Program-made: the position numbers and the translations under genes
Shown here: in pieces, positions 45,754-51,392 of the stretch
Layout: each line of letters opens with the position of its first letter
How positions within the stretch are numbered: the stretch's first letter is position 1
Origin: a virus
Lineage: Duplodnaviria; Caudoviricetes
IMG/VR virus record: IMGVR_UViG_3300048861_000045
Span: 1 to 51,392 of that record
Direction: 5' to 3' (one strand)
Length of the DNA: 51,392 bases
The notes under the pieces: generated by a model
Database searches by the model: none
What the model was told of the DNA's origin: nothing
Seen by the model: the letters and a program-made list of their open reading frames with translations, nothing else

Positions 45754-46023
45754 ATGGCGCAACTCACCTTCCAACAAGCACAAGCAATGTACGTTCATCG
45801 TTTCACTGTTGATCACGTTCCCAATTGGGCTAAGACTGCCGCACCAAATGGCAAGTTTTATGCGCCACATTACAGCAGTGATGCCGAGTGGTTCGCTAGC
45901 ACAAAGTTTCCACCTAACAATCCTTATGCGCTCAGCAAACGAGACACAAGTTGCCACAGCAGCAACCAATCTTGGCCATTAGGTCAGTGGTTAGATCAAC
46001 CGTTTAGCAAGGCGGTGCGGTAA
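45754..46023 (+). CDS. early hypothetical protein
   Basis: RBS GAGG; abuts the upstream stop. Confidence 0.7.
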   Translation: MAQLTFQQAQAMYVHRFTVDHVPNWAKTAAPNGKFYAPHYSSDAEWFASTKFPPNNPYALSKRDTSCHSSNQSWPLGQWLDQPFSKAVR

Positions 46024-46304
46024 TGGAAACTCTCACGTCAGGAGCTAAAGCCTATCTCGATTCATTCACCGGTCTTATTCCCTGCAAGGTTCTTTCAATT
46101 GTGGGAAACAGCACACCGTTTGCGTCTTCTACTCATTGTGTAACCGTTGAGATCACAGGCAATGGACGCGCATACAAAAAGGGTCAACAAGAGACAACGA
46201 ACTCTATCCGAGTCATTCCGCGTAAAGCGATCAGAAGACGCAAATACTCGACAACGATCAGGCTGTATAAAGTTCAATGTGACTCCCAGGAGTTGAGCAA
46301 GTGA
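46023..46304 (+). CDS. early hypothetical protein
   Basis: TAATG overlap. Confidence 0.7.
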   Translation: METLTSGAKAYLDSFTGLIPCKVLSIVGNSTPFASSTHCVTVEITGNGRAYKKGQQETTNSIRVIPRKAIRRRKYSTTIRLYKVQCDSQELSK

Positions 46305-46621
46305 AAGACAACGATAAGCAGATAAATGCACAACAAACTCTTCGTGCAATGCTTGAAGCATCAGCACGGCTTTATATGGTTCAAACTCATCAATCGAGAG
46401 CTGGTACGATTCGCCACTACAAAATTCTGATCGCTGATCAACTCTGCAAGATTGAAGACTGCACTGTTCTAGTCTGCTTGGCTATTGGTCGCAAGGTCGA
46501 CAAGGATAGAAAGACATTCAACGTACGCGGTTTCACTCATGCCCAGGACCATCACAACTTATCGTTTCTACTGCATAACGCTTTGAAGATGCCTGCTGTT
46601 ATTCCTGTTCATGTTCTGTAG
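46301..46621 (+). CDS. early hypothetical protein
   Basis: GTGA overlap; RBS AGGAG. Confidence 0.65.
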   Translation: MKDNDKQINAQQTLRAMLEASARLYMVQTHQSRAGTIRHYKILIADQLCKIEDCTVLVCLAIGRKVDKDRKTFNVRGFTHAQDHHNLSFLLHNALKMPAVIPVHVL

Positions 46622-46645
46622 TGTCGTCTATTGTCTATAGCGGTT

Positions 46646-46744
46646 TATATGCCGCTAACAGCATTCCTGAATCGATCTCCTAATGAGTAGTGCGGTGGTG
46701 CGCATAAACGTTTAGAGATTTGGGAATGCTGTTAGGGGCATATA
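46646..46744 (+). other. long intergenic RNA stem-loop (RNase III-site-like)
   Basis: TATATGCCGCTAACAGCATTCCTGAATC pairs with GATTTGGGAATGCTGTTAGGGGCATATA. Confidence 0.65.
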
Positions 46745-46762
46745 GCTCCATTTGGAGATCGA

Positions 46763-47155
46763 ATGAATACAGCAAAGGAAAAAGTATTAGAACGTTGGCC
46801 TGATGCGGTCGAACGTGAATCCATTGCAACAGGCTGTTTGGCAATATTCACTAGCAAAGGTTGGTTGGGTAGCAGTTGGGATCAGTTAGCTTTATCAATC
46901 GATGAAATGTCCAATGCTACATTGTGTCCAGTTGAGATCATCGGCAATCACTACATTCATCGTGAACCGTCCGACAGCGATGCAAAGTTCTATCTGCGAT
47001 CAGATGTAGACAAGCTATTGCAGGAGATCAGAGAGGCGGCCAAGCAGCTCTTAGACTGCAATTGTACGTCTATGCTTCCCTATAGCGGACGTGCGCAACA
47101 TGACACCTTGCCAACCGTCATCACACTGCGCAAAGTTGCAGAGATGGAGCTGTGA
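46763..47155 (+). CDS. hypothetical protein
   Basis: RBS GGAG. Confidence 0.65.
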   Translation: MNTAKEKVLERWPDAVERESIATGCLAIFTSKGWLGSSWDQLALSIDEMSNATLCPVEIIGNHYIHREPSDSDAKFYLRSDVDKLLQEIREAAKQLLDCNCTSMLPYSGRAQHDTLPTVITLRKVAEMEL

Positions 47156-47409
47156 TGCCTACAGAGATACACAAAGGCGAAGCTAGAACGCCTGTTCCAA
47201 ACGCTGATCTACGTGTCTTGATCACTAGAGCTGCATCCGACACTAGCAAGCGATCAAGGCGAGAATGCAGGCGTCTCGTTATCGACGCTGTTTACCAGTG
47301 TGGTTATCCAATCGGGCAAGCTAAGACGCTGGCTGATCAGTTCATCTCAGAACGTCGACGGGAGATCGCCCAGGTTACACAGGGTCAGGGTGAGCAAGCC
47401 AGCTCCTGA
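47152..47409 (+). CDS. hypothetical protein
   Basis: Overlaps the upstream stop; RBS GGAG. Confidence 0.55.
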   Translation: MMPTEIHKGEARTPVPNADLRVLITRAASDTSKRSRRECRRLVIDAVYQCGYPIGQAKTLADQFISERRREIAQVTQGQGEQASS

Positions 47410-47508
47410 AAATTTGAAAATCGGAGGGGTGGTCAAGGGCTACGGAAAAACGGAGGGTCTAGGAGCGTTGGTCAGCTCCTAGACTTTTCAAATTCCGAGG
47501 GGTGGTCA
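47400..47508. repeat. two imperfect 36-bp direct repeats (47400-47435 and 47473-47508)
   Basis: CAGCTCCT-N16-GAGGGGTGGTCA, 29/36 identical. Confidence 0.75.
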
Positions 47509-47541
47509 GAGGCCGTTTACATTAGGAATGGAGATAATGAA

Positions 47542-47709
47542 ATGACAGTGTGGATTGTATTCAACAATGGTGTCGTCAGCGCAGTTTTCGACAACGAAGA
47601 AGGAGCCGAGCGCTACGCTGAGAAAGTTAGAACAGGTTTAGCAAACGTTCCAGGCAAGTACAAAATAACAGTCGAAGAAGAGAAGGTTTATCAGTCTCAG
47701 GATGCTTAG
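47542..47709 (+). CDS. 55-aa hypothetical protein (absent from the ORF track)
   Basis: MTVWIVFNNGVVSAVFDNEEGAERYAE...; RBS GGAG; stop overlaps the primase stop. Confidence 0.6.
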   Translation: MTVWIVFNNGVVSAVFDNEEGAERYAEKVRTGLANVPGKYKITVEEEKVYQSQDA

Positions 47710-49961
47710 TCCAGCTTGTCAACGTTGCTGATGAAGTACGCTTTGCCTGTGTTACTGTATCGACGCTGCATTTGATCTTGAGACATCTCAACTGTGACAC
47801 CAGCAGAGATTAGATTATCCATCGCTCGCTTGAGTGCGAATGTTGCACCCATACGATCATCGCGGAAACAATTCTTCTGCATCAGTCGCTTTGTGAGATA
47901 GTGCCACTGAACAACGCGATCTCGCTTCATCTTTTCGTTCACACCGTAACGCGCCAGGGAGTCATCGAAAGGACGATATACATAGTCTTTGAGCACTGTT
48001 AGAAGTTGATCGGCCTGATTCTTCTCATTGCTGTCACGACCGATTTTGCCTGACTCAAATCGATCAATGACATTCACGATATCCTTCTCAACCATGTTGC
48101 AAGCCCACTGCGCAATTTCCTTTGTGATTACCGGCTGAAAGTAGTCGACGCCCACGGCGATCAGTGCAGAGAGCTTCAGGAGCTTCATGTGTGCGCGAGT
48201 CCATAGCTGCCGCGCTACTTCAGTCTCAGCACCATTGATTCGCGTATCGCATTTTGTGTTGAACTCTTCAATGAACACAGCGCCTTCTTCGTCTTCAACA
48301 ACGTCGATCACAGCTCTATTTTGCGTGAGCGCCATAACGTTAGAGCAGAGCGCGATCATGTTTGAAACGAGATGGGGAGAAGGTACAGCGTGTGAGTGTG
48401 CTTTGTTCAGAGGACCACGCTTGCCAGTGTATTCAATGCAGGTGAAGCGAGGAAACAAACCTTGCGCAATGATGTCCTCATTCAAGTGTGGGTAGAAGCT
48501 ATCTGGTGTTGTCTCTCCCAGGATGCTGAACGCAGGCGAATGAATGATTGCAGTGTTGTTCGATTTGTCGCTGTAGATGGTTTGTTGCAGAGTGTCATTC
48601 TTACCGGATTTGCCGAATAGATCGAGGATCACTTTGCGCTTTGAAACCTCTGACGAGCTGGCGTTTGGTGCGCACATCTGTTGCAGCGTCAAACCAAACT
48701 CACCGAGGATCGAGACGAAGCACGGATTGTTGCTCATGTACTTCACAAGTGCCTGTCCACTGGCGATGTCCGCTGGTCCTATGAAGTCAGCAGCAGAAGG
48801 CACAGCTTCACTCACTTTGCGCATGAGCTTTGACATACCGGCCTTTGCAGCTTCCTTGCCTCTGCCGGTGGTCGCGAGGACCAGGATGTATTGGTTCAAC
48901 CCTGTGCTAGAGACGTTGTATGCGCGGCCACAGATGCCTGCCATGAGGCCGATAGCGCCAGCAAGGGCAATCTCCTGCACTGGACGAGGAGCGGCTTCGT
49001 AGATGAACTTTGCGATCTCTCCGATTAGCCCAGGCGGTAACGTCCAACCTTCACCGAAAACAGGCGGTGGTTCCTTGACTTGTTTCTCTCGCGCCTGCTC
49101 AAGCTGCACCATCAAATTACCCATAAGCTGATCGAGCGAGATGTCTGGAATCAGGTTGTCGAATGATCGATCGATCATCTTTTTGAGGTAGTCTTTGCGA
49201 TGTGCTTTAGGCCGCTTGCCAAGCTCGCTGTACAAGAACAAACGTGCAATCTGTTCAGGGTTTCGAGAGAAGAAAGAGATGATGTTGACAAGCGCAAAAT
49301 CAGCTTCGCTTTGCGAGTTGTACCATTCCTGATACTTCCCTTGAAACAGCGGCAGAAATTTTTCGTTGCTATTGCTGGCGCGTGTGTAAACTTCTTCGTC
49401 GCTCCATCGTTGTGGACTGCCGCTAGGTGCTTCGATAGCTGGCGTTGCGTGATTGGAGCCAGCAAGCTCTTCCCACAGACGAGCGAGAAAGTAATCGTTG
49501 TCACCAATCGGCGCATCGCGGTATGTGTGGCCGGTCATGGTGAAATAACGCTCTGTGCTATACAGCTCAACCTTGCCGCGCCGTCGACCACCAGGGACAG
49601 AGCCGTGCAAGATGATGTGCATTCCATTGCCGCTAGGTGATATCTCGCTGTATGTGTCGAAGGTTTCGAGAATGCGCTTCGCGATCTCAGTATCCTGTGG
49701 GCTTCCACTCGGATCGTCCAAGTCGATGATCGCGTAAGGATCGCGCTCACTAAGTACGAAGCCGATGCCGCTGTATGAACCAACACCGGAACGCCATAGT
49801 GTCAGTGCGTCGTGATATGTGCCCCAATGCGAAGGCTCAGTGACGCTCGCTCGCTGATGTGTACGAGGAGAGTACGGCATCTTAGTCGGCTTACCGTTGC
49901 GGTCTTCATACCGCCATACAACCCAGGAAGGATAGTGCGTCATTTCTACAGGAATTGCCAT
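47706..49961 (-). CDS. primase-polymerase (NrS-1-like AEP plus helix bundle) fused to a DUF3987-like helicase/ATPase domain
   Basis: WVVWRY..KMPY, IDLDD, EISPSGNGMHI, SQSEADFAL and ATTGRGKE. Confidence 0.85.
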   Translation of the reverse strand: MAIPVEMTHYPSWVVWRYEDRNGKPTKMPYSPRTHQRASVTEPSHWGTYHDALTLWRSGVGSYSGIGFVLSERDPYAIIDLDDPSGSPQDTEIAKRILETFDTYSEISPSGNGMHIILHGSVPGGRRRGKVELYSTERYFTMTGHTYRDAPIGDNDYFLARLWEELAGSNHATPAIEAPSGSPQRWSDEEVYTRASNSNEKFLPLFQGKYQEWYNSQSEADFALVNIISFFSRNPEQIARLFLYSELGKRPKAHRKDYLKKMIDRSFDNLIPDISLDQLMGNLMVQLEQAREKQVKEPPPVFGEGWTLPPGLIGEIAKFIYEAAPRPVQEIALAGAIGLMAGICGRAYNVSSTGLNQYILVLATTGRGKEAAKAGMSKLMRKVSEAVPSAADFIGPADIASGQALVKYMSNNPCFVSILGEFGLTLQQMCAPNASSSEVSKRKVILDLFGKSGKNDTLQQTIYSDKSNNTAIIHSPAFSILGETTPDSFYPHLNEDIIAQGLFPRFTCIEYTGKRGPLNKAHSHAVPSPHLVSNMIALCSNVMALTQNRAVIDVVEDEEGAVFIEEFNTKCDTRINGAETEVARQLWTRAHMKLLKLSALIAVGVDYFQPVITKEIAQWACNMVEKDIVNVIDRFESGKIGRDSNEKNQADQLLTVLKDYVYRPFDDSLARYGVNEKMKRDRVVQWHYLTKRLMQKNCFRDDRMGATFALKRAMDNLISAGVTVEMSQDQMQRRYSNTGKAYFISNVDKLD

Positions 49962-49962
49962 G

Positions 49963-50142
49963 TTAGACACCGTGTCTCTTTGCTTTTTCCTCGACAGCTT
50001 GCCGAATGACCTCTTGAATGGGCCACGTTTTACCAGTCTGTTTTTCGAGTTTTCCCCGCAAAGAGAGCAGTTTCCTGTTCTGATCAGCCGTAAAGACCGT
50101 GCTTCGGCTTACAGGTTTTTGGTCGTCAACCTCTGTCGTCAT
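49963..50142 (-). CDS. 59-aa ribbon-helix-helix DNA-binding protein (below the ORF-track cutoff), candidate operator-binding repressor
   Basis: MTTEVDDQKPVSRSTVFTADQNRKLLSLRGKLEKQTGKTWPIQEVIRQAVEEKAKRHGV shows a strand-helix-turn-helix pattern with IQEVIRQAV; the stop lies 1 nt before the primase ATG. Confidence 0.7.
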   Translation of the reverse strand: MTTEVDDQKPVSRSTVFTADQNRKLLSLRGKLEKQTGKTWPIQEVIRQAVEEKAKRHGV

Positions 50143-50148
50143 TAGGCG

Positions 50149-50177
50149 ACACTATCAACTCGTTCGATGTTTGTAAA
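50149..50177 (-). promoter_or_regulatory. leaderless promoter TTTACA-N17-TAGTGT for the RHH-primase operon, with operator 50134-50151 over the start
   Basis: 17-nt spacer; ATG 6 nt after the -10; no RBS. Confidence 0.65.
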
Positions 50178-50203
50178 GGCTGAAAATTATTTGGATATTC
50201 CGC

Positions 50204-50232
50204 TTGACGATGTAGACAATAGCCGATATGTT
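50204..50232 (+). promoter_or_regulatory. promoter TTGACG-N17-TATGTT for the replication operon, with operator 50211-50228 in the spacer
   Basis: 17-nt spacer; AT-rich upstream element; divergent from the RHH promoter. Confidence 0.7.
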
Positions 50233-50238
50233 TCATTC

Positions 50239-50429
50239 ATGCCGTGGAACTAAAGCAGGCAAACATGGTTGTCGGATCGCCTTATTCAAAGAAACTTCTA
50301 CCGTACATGCGGCAGGCGATATGTCAAACAACGCGGAACCTGCCACGGCATAGACATTTTAGAAATTGCCGGGTGAGCCTAGCGGCCACTGGAACACCCA
50401 ACGGTGAGAGCTGTACCTAGCACCGGCAA
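50239..50429 (+). ncRNA. structured 5' leader with two stem-loop domains
   Basis: ATGCCGTGG/CCACGGCAT enclosing ATCGCCT/AGGCGAT; second domain closed by TTGCCGG/CCGGCAA. Confidence 0.5.
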
Positions 50430-50447
50430 AACCTTTGAGGAAGACGA

Positions 50448-50897
50448 ATGCCAAAGAAAGCGCAACAAGTCGAGTGGACACAAGAACAGATTGCCGCTAT
50501 TCAGGTCTGGTCAGCAAGCAAGAACCAACTCGACGTAACGAAGGCTGAAGAGTTGGAACTTCGATTGAAGGTTGTTCGCATCGCGCCATTCAATCAGCAC
50601 AAAGAGGAAGGTGGTCAAACTCTTCCACTCGCGAACGGCTGGCGCATCGCGCTCGACAGGCCGATGTACTACTCGATTGAAACAAAGGACAACAACAAAG
50701 TTGTTGAGTGCGTAAATGCACTTGCTGCGAAGAATCCGCTCGCAGCTCAAGACATTATCAAATGGGTGCCTGTGCTCTCGGAGAGCGGATACAAAAAGCT
50801 CTCCGATGAGGAGCAAGTAATCATGGCTCCGGTTGTGACGATCAAGCCAGGAACACCAGCTATCGAATTGAAACCACCCGCTACACCAAAAGACTAA
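50448..50897 (+). CDS. hypothetical phage protein, first gene of the replication operon
   Basis: RBS GAGGA; K.EELELR..WVP.LS..GYKKL..IKPGTP. Confidence 0.75.
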   Translation: MPKKAQQVEWTQEQIAAIQVWSASKNQLDVTKAEELELRLKVVRIAPFNQHKEEGGQTLPLANGWRIALDRPMYYSIETKDNNKVVECVNALAAKNPLAAQDIIKWVPVLSESGYKKLSDEEQVIMAPVVTIKPGTPAIELKPPATPKD

Positions 50898-50915
50898 ACC
50901 ATCATACGGAGAAGT

Positions 50916-51137
50916 ATGCAACACACATCAACACGTTCAAACATCGATCAACAAACAGTAGTTGTAACCCTGACTCGCTTTCGTCTGATTCGCATTCGTA
51001 CCTGCCTAGAGGATCGCATTCAGTTCTTGAAGCTTATGCACACTCGCGCTGAAGGCAAGCGCAAAGAGGCAATCGAGCGCGACATTGCCGCAACCAACCG
51101 CGATCTCAAATCCATGAATGGGTTACTCGTCCAATGA
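50916..51137 (+). CDS. hypothetical protein
   Basis: RBS GGAG; ATGA overlap with the ATPase gene. Confidence 0.65.
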   Translation: MQHTSTRSNIDQQTVVVTLTRFRLIRIRTCLEDRIQFLKLMHTRAEGKRKEAIERDIAATNRDLKSMNGLLVQ

Positions 51138-51392
51138 TGACGATCAACGATCTCGTTGCAACCAGCTCGCTAGTGAAGCGATACGGTGTGAAAGCGATCC
51201 TGTATAGCGAACCAGGATTAGGCAAAACACCGTTGATCAAGACAGCGGCAGCGCCAGTCATCAACTTCACCGAGCCAGGTTTTTTGTCGATTGCTGATTG
51301 GCAAGGACCGGCCTACGAATCGTACACCTATGCTCGCATTCGTGACTTCTGGATGTGGGCAATTCAGTCGAGGGAAGCTCGACAGTTTCATA
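51134..51392 (+). CDS. 5' part of AAA_24/Sak4-like ATPase (continues at 1-561)
   Basis: MMTINDLVATSSLVKRYGVKAILYSEPGLGKTPLIK contains a Walker A motif. It is in frame with ORF 19..561 across the overlap, and its ATG overlaps the upstream stop. Confidence 0.85.
   Translation, partial: MMTINDLVATSSLVKRYGVKAILYSEPGLGKTPLIKTAAAPVINFTEPGFLSIADWQGPAYESYTYARIRDFWMWAIQSREARQFH
51266..51392. repeat. second copy of the 127-bp terminal overlap
   Basis: Identical to 1-127. Confidence 0.95.

Noticed and set aside
47400-47508. Mini-CRISPR array (36-bp repeats with a 37-bp spacer)
   Set aside because: Only two copies, 7 of 36 positions differ, the ends are not CRISPR-like, and there is no cas locus.
50255-50300. 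c-di-GMP-I riboswitch (AGGCAAAC word)
   Set aside because: It lacks the following GNRA-capped stem and the GACGCAAA/CTAA elements of that family.
1-51392. Stop-codon recoding or restriction-site avoidance
   Set aside because: Genes are intact in code 11 and use all three stops, with no suppressor tRNA. Palindrome avoidance could not be counted reliably by eye and needs a k-mer analysis.

Overview
This window is a complete, circularly permuted genome of a temperate siphovirus-type phage. It is 51,265 bp unique; bases 1-127 are repeated at 51266-51392. The modules are: (i) a rightward recombination/replication operon (50448 across the junction to 11094) with a Sak4-like ATPase, DUF669 SSB, MazG-like protein, a PEP-CTERM protein, Cas4-like nuclease, SF2 helicase, sliding-clamp-like protein, Tad2-like protein and family B DNA polymerase; (ii) a long leftward lysis, packaging, head and tail operon (36124 down to 11297); (iii) an accessory block with a Topo VI-A-like TOPRIM protein, a second Tad2-like protein and a VRR-NUC nuclease; (iv) a lysogeny module with attP (3' half of an initiator tRNA-Met), tyrosine integrase, a tRNA(CAU), excisionase and an XRE regulator; (v) an AT-rich iteron region (likely origin) followed by rightward early genes; (vi) a leftward primase-polymerase/helicase preceded by an unannotated 59-aa ribbon-helix-helix gene. 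The most striking unexplained structure is an 18-bp quasi-palindrome, TGTCGWCWATWGWCGACA. It occurs about 20 times across the genome, sits on five of the seven promoters I could read, and also covers start codons and lies inside genes. This suggests a genome-wide stoperator-like silencing system, possibly run by the leaderless RHH protein. The host is inferred, not shown, to be an Acidobacteriota-like Gram-negative. All product calls come from reading motifs by eye; no database searches were run.
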